Shown piece by piece: positions 1 to 11,493 of a stretch of DNA of 64,000 bases. Origin of the DNA: Epithemia pelagica. Lineage: Eukaryota > Protista > Bacillariophyta. The translations under genes and the position numbers were made by a program. Each line of letters begins with the position of its first letter. Positions within the stretch are counted from its first letter, which is position 1. Location: assembly GCA_946965045.2 (NCBI GenBank), contig OX337235.1, positions 2,666,001 through 2,730,000 of the forward strand, read 5' to 3'. The notes beneath the pieces were generated by a model. The model was not told the origin of the DNA. It did not search any database and saw only the letters and a program-made list of their open reading frames with translations.

Positions 1-65
1 CGGTTTCGGCTCATTTTTCATTCACCTCCGTACATCTAGGGACCGGTTTCGGCTCATTTTTCATT
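1..65. repeat. 22-bp direct repeat (cggtttcggctcatttttcatt) x2
   Basis: Identical copies at 1-22 and 44-65; context is cut by the window edge. Confidence 0.8.
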
Positions 66-307
66 TGATGGACGCCGTTGGATTCCCATTATGGTAAGAC
101 CTGTTTTGGATTTTTATGGATAGTGGTGGGTGGCGGTCAGATGTCAGATGTCAGATACGAATATAGATTGAATCTTGCCCGATTCTCCTTGAATAAAAAA
201 GCGATATAAGAGCGACCCTTTAGTACATTTTTCCATGTTGTTCAGATTGGATCTATTTTTTCACCCCCTAGTGCCAGGATCGTTCCACATTGCTTCATCA
301 TTTCACA

Positions 308-1105
308 ATGGCATCTTCAGGCTCCGGATATGATTTGTCGGCTTCGACTTTCAGTCCTGATGGTCGGATTTTTCAGGTAGAATACGCCAGTAAGGCAGTA
401 GAGAATGGTGGTACTGTTGTTGGAATCAAGGCCTCGGACGGTGTCGTGCTTGGAGTGAGCAAGCCGCTTTTGCACAAAATGATTGTAGCATCGACAGGTA
501 GCTACAAGCGTATTCACAACATTGACGTACATGCTGGGATAGCCAGTACCGGTTTCCTTCCTGATACTCGTGTCCTGGTCGGTCGTGCTGTCGACGAAGC
601 TGTGGACTGGCAAGAAAACTATGGTTCCAAGATACCCCCCCACATCCTTGCGGATCGCTTGGGCCACTACGTGCATTATTTCACGCTACATGGTGCGTTG
701 CGTCCCTTTGGTGCATCCAGTGTTCTTGGAGCGTACGATAGCGAAGAAAAGAAATACAGTTTGTTTATGGTGGAAACGAACGGTGCTGCGTACTCTTTCT
801 ATGGTGTAGCTACTGGAAAGGGAAAGCAAGCTGCCAAGACTGAGCTGGAAAAGCTCGACTTGCACAAGCAACCGTGCACGTCAGCGGAAGCCGTCAAACA
901 CATCGCAAAGATATTGACCTTGCTGCACAACGAAAACAAGGACAACGAAGGGAAAGCTCTTGAGCTTGAAATCTCTTGGATATGCGAAGCGAGTGGTCAA
1001 AAACATGTGGGTGTCCCGAAAGAAACAATCAAGGAAGCAATGGCTTGGGCGAACGAACAATTAGAAGAAGAGGACGATGATGCCGAAGAGATGGAGGAAG
1101 GATAG
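308..1105 (+). CDS. PSMA3: 20S proteasome subunit alpha type-3 (alpha7/PRE10)
   Basis: N-terminus SGYDLSASTFSPDGRIFQVEYA is the proteasome alpha signature; acidic C-terminal tail typical of alpha7; ATG at 308, single exon. Confidence 0.95.
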   Translation: MASSGSGYDLSASTFSPDGRIFQVEYASKAVENGGTVVGIKASDGVVLGVSKPLLHKMIVASTGSYKRIHNIDVHAGIASTGFLPDTRVLVGRAVDEAVDWQENYGSKIPPHILADRLGHYVHYFTLHGALRPFGASSVLGAYDSEEKKYSLFMVETNGAAYSFYGVATGKGKQAAKTELEKLDLHKQPCTSAEAVKHIAKILTLLHNENKDNEGKALELEISWICEASGQKHVGVPKETIKEAMAWANEQLEEEDDDAEEMEEG

Positions 1106-1194
1106 TATCAGTGTTTTAATAGGGTGAAACTCAATTTTCGTCAGACCCAATGATTATTCTAGGAGACGAACTAAAGCATAAAAACAACAGCAGC

Positions 1195-2790
1195 TCAAGC
1201 AGTTTCTTCCCCTTCTTCCTTCTTGTCTATTAAAGTGTTTCCATCATCATCTTGTTGCGCAAGCATGGCTTCGAAGGCCTCTAATAGCTTGGGGGCAGTT
1301 GGTACGTCTAGTGAAATGTCTTCCAGAATCTGGTGAACACGAGCGACTCCTTTCTTTACCTGGTAAGACGAAACAATAGCATTCCGCACCAGGAAACCGA
1401 AGAGAGCTGCCATCGCATCCAGGTTAGACAAAGCACCAGCATCATCAGGTGCTTTCATCCCGTCCACTTCCATTGCGCCTTTTATTCCTCGTTTGATGAG
1501 TTCATGGTGGAAGTGTCGACATTCTAACTCCTTTACACACCGCGCAGCTTCGTCCAGTTCCCGACTCATCAGATACTCTTGGAGGAGCTGGTCCATTCCA
1601 ACCTTGAGCTCAGCAACTGGGCGACCATCACCAGGACCCCAAACCCTCTCCAAACGGGCATTACAATGCTCACGGCTCAAAAGATTGACAGCCTTCTCAA
1701 TAACCACATCACCTGGCCGCTCATTGTTCTGTTCCGATAAGAAAGCAGGTGAAAGAACCTCGTCAACAACAGCTCTCGCCAGAAAGGTAGCCACCATTGT
1801 CTACGGAATTGAGTCAAAATGCTTGAAACAGTAAAACAGTAGGTAGAGCCCCATACATCCAGCATGTACTTACATGTGCGTCAGGTACATCTGTCGTGAG
1901 ATCATCAAGGCTATCAAGCAAGGCGACAAAGCCTGCTTCCATTTCCTCCATAGACAAGGGAGTTGGATGCAAACACGTGAGTAAACGGCTTATCAACTCA
2001 CGTTCTCGCGGACCCTTGTCGAGAGCAAGACTGATTGCTTTCTTTGGGATCTCTGAATGAAACTCTTGGCATCGCAATTCTTCTAGTGTCCGGATTACCT
2101 CGTCAGTGTCACAAGAGTCGAAATATTCTTTGAGACATTCAAGCAGTTGGAACTTGAACTCTTGCATTGTCAGCATCGGTCCATATACGGCTTTGGCTGT
2201 TGTTTCATCATACCCACGCTTATCTGCATCTGTATCAATGCTGGTCAGAATGTACCTGTCAGAATCTTCTGCCGGATCATAAATCGGGTCATCTTCGTCG
2301 ATCGGCAATTCCTCGGCACTCATAGGATCCATGTCGGCTTTCCATTGTCCTTTGCCATGACCTCCCTGTTTCTTGTGAGCACTATTGAAGTTGCCTGAGT
2401 CTTTATCGGCCGTCTTTTTCCGCGTTATGTTTCGTTTCGCAGTGCCTTCCTTCACTTTTGTTTCATGGCCATCATTTGGAACTGCATCGTTCCCGGACGC
2501 TGCAACTTGCTTCTGAACTTTAGCTTTGACTTGGGAGGATATTGCTCTAACGCCTTCGCCTGTTGGATTATGGACTTTGCCCTGAAAGGGGTACAGTGAG
2601 TCAGAATTCTGTTGGATATGGTACGGCATAGACACAAATCACATGATACCTCACAAATGACACTACGAAGTCACCTGACGTCGGCTCTCTGCCGCATTCC
2701 CTTCATGCTAATGAAGACATGGAAAGAAGAACGGTTTCGACTTACCATCGTGGTCACTGTGACCTCGGGACGCTTCGCAAATTCAGCCAT
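1195..2790 (-). CDS. PDCD4: PDCD4-like protein with two MA3 domains, 3 exons (2790-2746, 2581-1874, 1800-1195)
   Basis: MA3 repeats (LKEYFDSCDTDEVIRTLEEL; LLQEYLMSRELDEAARCVKEL), N-terminal KKQGGHGKGQW motif; GTAAGT...AG introns at 2745-2582 and 1873-1801 join in frame. Confidence 0.9.
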
Positions 2791-3146
2791 GGCGATCAGA
2801 TGATTTTGTCTTAAGGCTACTTGTAACACAACTCGAAGAGAACGGGAAGATACGCTCTCAAATTCCACAAAACACGCCCAAGTTCTGGTTGTGACATCTT
2901 TAGGACGAAACGTGAATCGACCTCCAACTATAAGATAAAATGTAGGAAACAGGATACGCACCAATCCCGCAGCGGTTCCTGTTCGTGCCGTTGGTTCGCG
3001 TCGTGTCAAACCAGGATTCTACATGCCATGGCGATGGAACAACGCCCTGTATCATGGCGTGAACATGAGTCCCTTTCGATATGACGAGTATGAACACGGA
3101 ATTGCTCTATACACTTTTAAATCTAGGAGATAACGATCTTTGAGCT

Positions 3147-3600
3147 TTAGGGCATTGAGCCATCATCAAGATCGTTCCACTTTCCTTTTCCCCCTCCGCC
3201 GCCGTGTTGTTTCTTCTCCTTGGAATTTGGATTATGATCATTCTTCCGTTGAATGTTTCGCTTTGAACTGTCTTCTTCAATTCCAGTCGTCTCTGGGATG
3301 GCAATTTTTCCTTTGTGATGATCTTCTCTGTTGAACAAAAGGAAAACAAAAACCTCGTGAGACCCAAGAGTCGCAGTACCACAAGTAATTTCTCATTACA
3401 TAAATTGGCAAAAGCGCTTGTCGGTGGTATCGGTGCTTCGAAGTTTGTTACGGACAAGTGGCTGGAAATCCCAAGAAAATGAACACAACGATCTAGGTAG
3501 ATCTCATCCTCAAGCACAAAAATGGAAGATGTAGGTCTTCATCCTCATTCAACGCAATCATATCGCTACCAATTCAAACTCACCCTTTTGGATGTACCAT
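3147..3600 (-). CDS. 65-aa spliced microprotein with a PDCD4 N-terminal-like motif (exons 3600-3584, 3327-3147)
   Basis: CACC-ATG, GTGAGT donor at 3583 and pyrimidine-rich CAG acceptor at 3328 join in frame to MVHPKGEDHHKGK...KRNIQRKNDHNPNSKEKKQHGGGGGKGKWNDLDDGSMP*. Confidence 0.7.
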
Positions 3601-4019
3601 GGTGATTGCTTCTATTTTGTTCTGCTTCAAATAGGATCGTACGATGTTTTTGTTGGCTCTTACTTCGATTTATGGGACGGGAGATGACATGTTTGATCTT
3701 TGATCGCGTCTTTGTCACTTCTTCTTCTTGGGTTCGCATTCATTCATCGACCTACACGTGTAGTTTTCGGCTCGGGAAGGGGGCAGACGGAACACTCCGT
3801 GGAACGTGGAACACTTCTTCGACCTCTACGATGCCCGGATGATGAGAGGTTGTTTCTCTTGTTGCCCCCCCCCCCAATTTTCCACTCCGACCTACAGCGA
3901 ATCAACAAATTACACAGGATTTCTCAGTCTCCCACCCAAAGAACGAGACCCTACTCTAGACAAAAAGACGATTGCACTTCCTGTTGCTTATCTGTGCCAC
4001 AGAAGCTTACGAACAGCTC

Positions 4020-4611
4020 ATGTCTTCACAAGGGGCTCCTAATCCTCATCAAACACAGCAAAACCAGTCTTCTTTGCATAGCGATCCTAGATCTCACGAG
4101 TCGAACGTCGGGCAGGCCCAACCTAGGCGTGGCGATCCCTCTTCAGCCATCCACACACAGTCAGGTGTTCCTTTTGGTCATGTACCCGCGTATCTACCTG
4201 GTAGCGCAAGCTTGGTGGAAGAATTGGATAAGCATTTGCTTATTGTGCTAAGGGATGGCAAGCATATTGTTGGGGTACGTATCGTCCTGAAAGGATTCTC
4301 TCCACCTTTTGAAATTGGCCTCCCCTCACGTTCAACGATTTGATAAGAAATTGATTTCGTATGATCAATTCAGCAATATGATACTGCAAGACGCGGCAGA
4401 ACGTCGTGTGGTCGTCGAAAACGGGGTTTGTTACTATCATGACATTCCGCTTGGTCTTTACATCTTGCGCGGAGACTCGACTGTTTTAATGGGACAGGTA
4501 GATCTGACAACAGAAACACAGTTGATGAGAAAAGTCGAGCTGGACGAACTGGAGAGCTTGCGCAAGCAACAATCTGCAACTTGGGATTTTGATTCGGATC
4601 TTATTGCCTGA
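4020..4611 (+). CDS. LSM1: Sm-like protein LSm1, 2 exons (intron 4275-4347)
   Basis: LPGSASLVEELDKHLLIVLRDGKHIVG/KLISYDQFSNMIL...LGLYILRGDSTVLMG matches LSm1 Sm1/Sm2 motifs; GTACGT...AG intron restores the frame. Confidence 0.9.
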
Positions 4612-4968
4612 AGATGGCTGAGGGTGTCTAATCATTTAGCTCAAGACCCATGTTTTTGTGGAGAGTCTGAAGTGACGGGAACATGACATTTGTGAGTTTC
4701 AAAACTCCTAATCAAATTTAAGGGTTCGCCGTTGTCAATTTGCAGCGGGGCACGTCCGATTATCATAGGCTCAAATCATAGACTCAAAACAACAACTGTT
4801 TTGCGTGCCAAAATTATCTTCGAAGACCGACGACTAGTAATTGATACATACTTCTAAATCAATAAACCCCATGCTCCGTGTTGGCGAAATAAAACATACT
4901 CATTTCCGAACATGAACGATTCAGCTCTTTCAGAACATGGACTAAATTCGGAACACAATGAGTGCTGC

Positions 4969-5611
4969 TTATACGCTCGATTGTGAGGGGTGCTCATTGG
5001 TCACGACAACACCGTCCGACGGAGGAATGTCGAAGTTCGCTCCTGAGTTTGCGCCGTCGGCATCTGATTCAGCTTCCAACACCGCCATTTCTTCGTTCTT
5101 GCACTCTTTCTTTGCCTGAATTACTGCAATATCTTTTCGCGCTGCGTCGAACGAAGCTCGAATTCTGGCCTCCTTTTCAGACACAGCAAGGTCGTCATTA
5201 TTTTCTAGTTCTTCCATTAGATCATATATTTCAATCCCAAATTTTTGTTTCCGAGTTTTGATTTCCCGATCCAAAAACAAAATATCCGTCTGCAATGGAA
5301 GATGAACATATATGAGCGAAAATTTGTTGAACAACGAGATCCCATCGATGAAGTGGAATCAGTTTATGAAGTGCAACGAGTACCATGGCAAGAGAGGGGA
5401 CCGTATGTAAAAGTACAGAAATCCAACACTGACGAGATTCCACGATGCGACATTCCACGATGCGACTTCACTTCTATCCACGATAGAAACAATGACGAAG
5501 CACGATGCTTTAGGTTTTGAGAATAAGCAGCTCACATACCTTGAGCATTGTCTTGGCTCCAGCATCTACGACGCTTTTGCCTGCCTTCTTCATTTTGTCC
5601 ATCCAGCTCAT
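4969..5611 (-). CDS. Small hypothetical coiled-coil protein (130 aa), 2 exons (5611-5540, 5289-4969)
   Basis: CACC-ATG, GTATGT donor and TTGCAG acceptor give an in-frame join; amphipathic N-terminus MSWMDKMKKAGKSVVDAG; no family recognised. Confidence 0.7.
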
Positions 5612-7001
5612 GGTGTCAAAAAGTTCTATCTCGATGAATGAAGCTTTTAGAGTAAGAATACAGCAGTGAGAACAACCTTGGTCAAAACTTTGGAAGTTTT
5701 AACAGGAGGATAGGGATAGAGGGGCAAACCGAAAATTCCGCAAATCGGGGGAGTCGCGAATCGCCACGCGTGTTTCGTGTCCGCTTCGCGCTCCTTTCTT
5801 CGGGTGCTCCTTTTTCCTTTTAAATTCTATCATTTTGTTCATTCTTTCGTCATTATCCCTCCGATTGCTGTCCATACGGTTATTCTCAAATTTTCCTAAA
5901 AAATGTTAAAATTATTTCTGTCAAATTTCTTTCGATTTAGCACATTATTATAACGTCCAAGACAACTGTAATAACTGGCTTCGCCCTATTGTGTAGCCGC
6001 TTGCGCTCATGCATGACTGTGAGCCGTGAGACTTGACGAGACATGGACAAAGAAATCTACCAGCCCATTTTATACTCAATAGTCTATTGTTTCAGAAGCG
6101 AGTACTCTTTACGCAGTAGTGGATCTAGCTTCACGGAATCATCACACACACACACACCAAACCATGAAATATACAAACATGGTGCAATGCACCTCTAGAG
6201 GAGTATCAAAACAAGCTCCTGGCACTTTGTCTATGGGAAAGATAAAAGCATAGTCCACTACTAGTTTAGGCTTCCTGCTTCCTGGGCTTACATACCCCAC
6301 GATGACGCTGTCAACAGTGCACTGGTTGATTGCTCATTGCACTGGTGGATTGTCATGTTTCATGTTGTCATCCTTCCTTTGATGCATTCCACCTTCACTT
6401 GTGATCTAGGTGGATGGTTTTGACCATAAAGTTGTCACTTTGGTCGTTCGTCCGGCTGGGTGGTTTTCTTTTGGTTTTTGGTGTGCTCACTGCTCATGGT
6501 CGTCTTTTGTGGTGTTGCTCGAAAAGTAGGACGATTCTTGGCCCATGTGCCAGCAATACAAGGCGTGACCGGCGCGTCGATTTCGAACGATCGAAGGGAG
6601 GCTGGCGATATCACCCGGCAGGCGCTTTGGGAAAAAATACGAGACAATTTTTTTCCATTCGGATGACGGACGAACAAAGGTACCCCCAATCGCACCCTTA
6701 CACAGGATAAAATGAAAAACCTCATCGTCCGAATGAAAATTATCAATATATTGTTATATGATGAATATTAGGTAAGAGCGCTGGGAAGAGCAAAAATGAA
6801 TCGAAAAAACGTACAAATTCGGGTCATTGGCTTCATCCTCAATTTTTCGCAACGGTCATTACAATGAATGAGATTGTCACCAGATTTTCTTCTTGATCTG
6901 TATGTTTCGAGTTGATTGTTGAAATAGTAATCACGTCCCAACAACCCAAACGAGGATATTCTTACTCAAACCAAGCTGTTAGCGAGAAGAAGTGGGAAGG
7001 G

Positions 7002-8505
7002 ATGACGAACTTTGTTGCAATTTTCGGTGTCGCCCTGTTGCTGAATTGTATGGTAACTTTCCGAAGCAGTGATATGTGGAAGAAGCTGGCCGGCGGGAAC
7101 CAAACTGTGGAAAAGGACGACGCCATAACAAAAGCAAAATGGCAATCTCTTTTGAAACGCTATCTGATTGTTTACTTGCTGGCCACTCTCTCTGATTGGT
7201 TACAAGGTCCCTATGTGTATGCGCTGTACTCTGAGTATGGCTATTCGCAGTACAACATTGCTGTTCTGTTTGTAGCTGGCTTTGGATCCTCCATGGTTTT
7301 TGGTTCTTTTGTTGGGGGAATGGCAGATTGGGGTGGACGCAGACTTTTTGTCGTTATTTTCGCGCTTGTATATGCTGCCTCCTGTGTAACGAAGCGTGAG
7401 TTCACCGTTGATGATGTTGCGGAACAACGACGACTCAAACTCTCACTTACAAAGCATGCTTCTTGACACAGATTTCAAAAATTTCCATGTTCTCATGCTT
7501 GGTCGCTTGCTGGGAGGAGTGGCCACCAGTCTCTTGTTCTCCGTGTTTGAAGCTTGGCTCATTCGTTCACACACTGACGCTGGATTAAAGAACTTTATCG
7601 GGAAGTCCTTTTCATGGGCTGCCTATGGAAACTCAGTCGTCGCTATTCTTTCTGGTTTGGTTGCCAACGAGGCTACAAAAGCCTTCCCAATGACAGAGAT
7701 TAAGAAAGAAACATTGTATATGGGTGGATACCTCAATCCTTTTGATTTTGCGCTTGTGGCGCTTGTATTGTGTGGTCTCTGTGTCATGTCTCTCTGGGAA
7801 GAGAATTACGGCGAGTCATCTTCAACAAAGTCAGACGAGAGTTCTTCGCAGTGGTATGATGGTCTTCGGAGTGCATTCGTGACCACAGTTCGGAGTCAGG
7901 ATATTCTTCTCTGCGGGTTGATTAGCAGCTTGTTTGAAGGAAGCATGTACATTTTTGTGTTCATGTGGACTCCAGCTCTGAGAGAAGAGAAAGAGGAGCT
8001 CCCTTTTGGTTTGATATTTAGCACATTCATGGTTTGCTGCATGGCTGGAAGCAGTCTCTTCAGCATTTTCATTGAAAATACCAAAGGCGAAAGACTTGCT
8101 GTTGGGGTATTTGCTGTCTCAGCCGTATCGATGGGATTGGTTGCCCTTTCTGGTAGTCAAACACTCAAATTTATTGCCATGAATTGCTTTGAGCTTACTG
8201 TGGGAATGTATTGGCCAGTTATGGGAACATTGAAAGGAGCAATAGTTCCGGAATCCAAGCGTGCCGCAATCTACAATTTGTACCGAGTTCCCCTGAATTT
8301 CATTGTTCTTTTCAGCTTGTTGACTTCCCTGACGCCAACCCAATCTTTCACATTGAACTGCGTTATGCTTTCCACTGCTGTAGTTCTTCAGGTCGTACTC
8401 ATGACGCGACGCCAAAAACATGGTTTGATGGAAACAGATTCTTCATCTGAGTCGGAATCTGCTGAGCGGCTCCTTTCTCCCGAAATGAAGGATGATTCTG
8501 TCTGA
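7002..8505 (+). CDS. MFSD5: MFS molybdate-anion transporter-like protein (MFSD5/MOT2, DUF791), intron 7396-7471
   Basis: YLLATLSDWLQGPYVYALY, LLFSVFEAWL and LFEGSMYIFVFMWTP motifs; multiple hydrophobic helices; GTGAGT...CAG intron in frame. Confidence 0.9.
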
Positions 8506-8699
8506 TTACTAACTGTTTATTGATATAAGAGTATTCTTCTTTGACTCTACCGCGGCTGAAATCCTACCTCCAAGGAGACGTAGCACTTCCATGAGCAGGG
8601 GAGTACGCATATGCGCTACATAGAGACTAGCGAAGGGAGAAAAAGGGGTAGCAACCATAGAGCGTAGGCTACGTGCTCTTGGTAGAGCTATGGTAGGTA

Positions 8700-8733
8700 C
8701 AAGCTGAGTTCAGGGAGTATGTTCCTGACGTAG
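8700..8733 (+). repeat. Left TIR of outer element (caagctgagttcagggagtatgttcctgacgtag)
   Basis: Reverse complement of 29535-29568 with 3 mismatches; preceded by TA. Confidence 0.8.
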
Positions 8734-9090
8734 ACCCCTCGTAGATTTAGTACCATAGAGTATAATCCTTAATAGCGTTCGGCCTTACTAGTGAATGAAA
8801 GTGTCCGACTCGAGACTTCCCAGTGTCTTAAGAAAATAAGTTATTTGTCTTGGTGTGTTGTGTGACAGCTTCCGAACGCTAGAATTTCGTCCAAAATGAT
8901 GAAGAAAACGGTTGTTGTCTAACGACCATGGTGGACGGCCATCCCAACCGTTCGAGATGTTGCCGAGCTGCATCCGGATGCTTTAGGGTTTACTTGAACC
9001 ACCCCCAATGGGGCAACATCTCAAACGGTTGGCATCATCCTCAATAATTCGATCATCCATCTCATCCCACGCAACACGGTCTACAACAGG

Positions 9091-9846
9091 ATGGAACGAA
9101 ATTTTTCTGGGAAAGATATTCTTGACGTCTTTAAGACGCGATGCACCCGATCCTCGTTCGGATTCTGCAACAAGTGGATCCAAGACACCGAGATTGTAGG
9201 ATACCTGAGAACTTGGTTGCCAGGACTGTCGACAATCAGATTGAATTCTCTTTTCTCTAGAGACATTGTCCTTAAACCCATTTTCGAAAATGAGGTGTCG
9301 GAACCAAACAAGTTTGGCTGGTACCGCCACAAAATCACAATCAATAAACAAAGATACACATTCTTGTATATAAGCTCTGACACAACAAAACTGCCAGTGA
9401 TGTTGAACGATCACCAAGAATGGCTGGAGGCTGCAGCCGAGAATGTGATTCGGCGGTCGGGACGAGAGAAGCCAACGAAGCGAAGGAACGAAGACTCACC
9501 AGGGGTACATGAAGGCACGGCAACTGTATCCAAGCAAGCAAGAAACACTACAACACCACCAGCAATGAAGAGCACTGCAACGCAGCAACATGGTCAACCG
9601 CCACAAATTGGAGACAGCCCTACCGAAATGCAAACGTCACCACCTCACGACAACACAAATCAGGTGCTTGTTGGAGCAATCCAATATCCTGAATTGGCCA
9701 CAGACGGAATCGGCCATGACCATCCACAGAGTTTGCCGATTGGTTTTTCAGTTTTCGAGAATGAGATGATCCAAGGTCTATCGCAACAAATGGAAAGCGC
9801 CTATTTTGATGAGCCAAGGAACCGTAGGCTCTTTGCCGGCAAATAA
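9091..9846 (+). CDS. Hypothetical ORF inside the outer element, possibly the detached N-terminus of the transposase
   Basis: 251-aa ORF directly upstream of and co-oriented with the transposase fragment, in a different frame; no family motif recognised. Confidence 0.4.
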   Translation: MERNFSGKDILDVFKTRCTRSSFGFCNKWIQDTEIVGYLRTWLPGLSTIRLNSLFSRDIVLKPIFENEVSEPNKFGWYRHKITINKQRYTFLYISSDTTKLPVMLNDHQEWLEAAAENVIRRSGREKPTKRRNEDSPGVHEGTATVSKQARNTTTPPAMKSTATQQHGQPPQIGDSPTEMQTSPPHDNTNQVLVGAIQYPELATDGIGHDHPQSLPIGFSVFENEMIQGLSQQMESAYFDEPRNRRLFAGK

Positions 9847-9923
9847 AATTCTCCAGGATCGTCAAAACAAAATCTTAAGCGATGGATAGAAACCCTTGAA
9901 AGGGCCATTTCTACGAGGACTTC

Positions 9924-10688
9924 TTGGCATTGATGAAGCTTTCCACCATTTCGCATAGCACAGCGTGGCGATGTATTGCTGCTGCAGGGTTCGTGTTCAA
10001 GGAACACCACACGAAAACATACCTCACTGATCGACACGAAAATGCTGAGAATGTTGCCCACAGAGCTGCTTTTGTCAAGAAGTACTTTAAGTGGGAAGAG
10101 CTGTTGTATCGGTGGGTGCAGCTCCCTACCGAGGATGCAATCAAACTTGAAAACGAAGGGAATGCGGGCAAGGAGAAGCTCTTGCCAAACAGCTTTGTAT
10201 TTGAGTACACTGATGTAACAACAGGCAAGCAGATGCGGGAGTACCATGTTGATGCCTTCCCAATCAAATTTGAACGGTACATCAAACCAGAAAACACAAT
10301 TCACAATGGAAACTTGTCACACAGGTTTCCCTCCGACCGCAAACCTGTCATCCTCATCGGCCAGGACGAATCGATCTACAAGCAGTTTTCCTTCTCGTCT
10401 AAGGCATGGTACACTAAAGATGGCGCAACTAAAATGCTGCCAAAGGATGATGGACATGGGATGATGATCAGCACTTTTGTAAGCCGATCATGGGGCTTCC
10501 TTATGAACGGAAACCCGTTGCTTGCTGCGAGTCTATTTCGGATTAATGAACTCCGTCTACATGCGACACACAACAAATACGTCTCTACCGAGGCTGCAGT
10601 GAACCTCAAGCCCCACAGCTCAAACTCTACGCACCCGCCTGCAATCATCCCGATTGCCGCGGCTACGGACTCCTTGCCGGCTTACCCC
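9924..10688 (+). pseudogene. IS630/Tc1-like DDE transposase, 5-prime fragment
   Basis: HTH-like ISHSTAWRCIAAAGFVF, TYLTDRHE, and first catalytic Asp in ILIGQDESIY...LPKDDGHGMMISTF; the ORF ends at the TAG that starts the LTR. Confidence 0.75.
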
Positions 10689-11454
10689 TAGTAGAACTCT
10701 CACCGAAAATCATCGGTTAGGTTCAGCACCTCATCGGTTAGTCGAGTCCCGTGGCTTCAAACATCACCTACATCACCTACATCCACACTACATACCTAGC
10801 TTCGCGCTAGCTCAACATATATTTCGGTCGCATATACCAAAAAGTGAGAACAGATTGACGAACGTGCTATCAAGAATCAACTTTGGTCTTGATATCCCAT
10901 CAACGGACGATCATCCGTTGAACATCCGAGCCTGACCTATGCCCTAAGCGTGCGCGCCCAAATTCGTCAAGACGCGCGCAAGAACTATCCGAGCGTTGCG
11001 ACCATGTATCCGACCCAACGGTCTAAGTACACAAGGCACGAATCACGATCACGCGAGACCATATCATCGTTCCCACTATTTCAAGATTGCAAACAAGGAC
11101 GCGCCAACAAAACTACATATACCAACTTTAGCCAAGAATCGTTGAGGCTGTATATGATATACAAGCACATATACATGTTATATACCTCACATACATCAAC
11201 TCCAACCATTCCAGTCCTATCACCGCCAAGAACCTATTTCACACGCTCGACAACAAGAATGGAAACCTCACACACCAAACCTAGTAGTAAGCTCACAATC
11301 ATTAACATTACCATATCATCACGTCTTCAGTGTCCTGACTATCCCTACGATAGAGCCCTTGGGTTTCCTTTGTTCTCTGACCCGTGGAGAACCTTGGTAT
11401 CAGTTGGTAATCGATTGTGGCTCTTCTAGAACGTGTACTGACGGAATTCTACTA
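10689..11454 (+). repeat. 5-prime LTR (766 bp, TAGTAGAA...TTCTACTA)
   Basis: Near-identical to 22888-23653; five substitutions seen by eye, all transitions. Confidence 0.95.
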
Positions 11455-11469
11455 GATTAACAGTCTCAC
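11455..11469 (+). promoter_or_regulatory. Primer-binding site complementary to a tRNA-Asn(GUU) anticodon arm (half-tRNA type)
   Basis: GATTAACAGTCTCAC abuts the LTR; its complement GUGAGA-CUGUUAA-UC contains an Asn anticodon loop with self-consistent stem pairs. Confidence 0.6.
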
Positions 11470-11493
11470 CTGTCTCATTTCCCCGAAGTTTTC

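Noticed and set aside
3700-4251. 183-aa plus-strand ORF overlapping LSm1
   Set aside because: Alternate frame, non-ATG start and no motif; LSm1 explains the region.
5435-5470. 14-bp tandem ttccacgatgcgac in an intron
   Set aside because: Ordinary slippage duplication with no functional evidence.
5700-6900. Short ORFs in the intergenic region
   Set aside because: No motifs or splice support; consistent with divergent promoter or UTR sequence.
10654-11429. ORFs of 93 and 159 aa (and their twins at 22718-23628)
   Set aside because: They lie within the LTRs, are duplicated only because the LTR is, lack ATG starts and show no protein motif.
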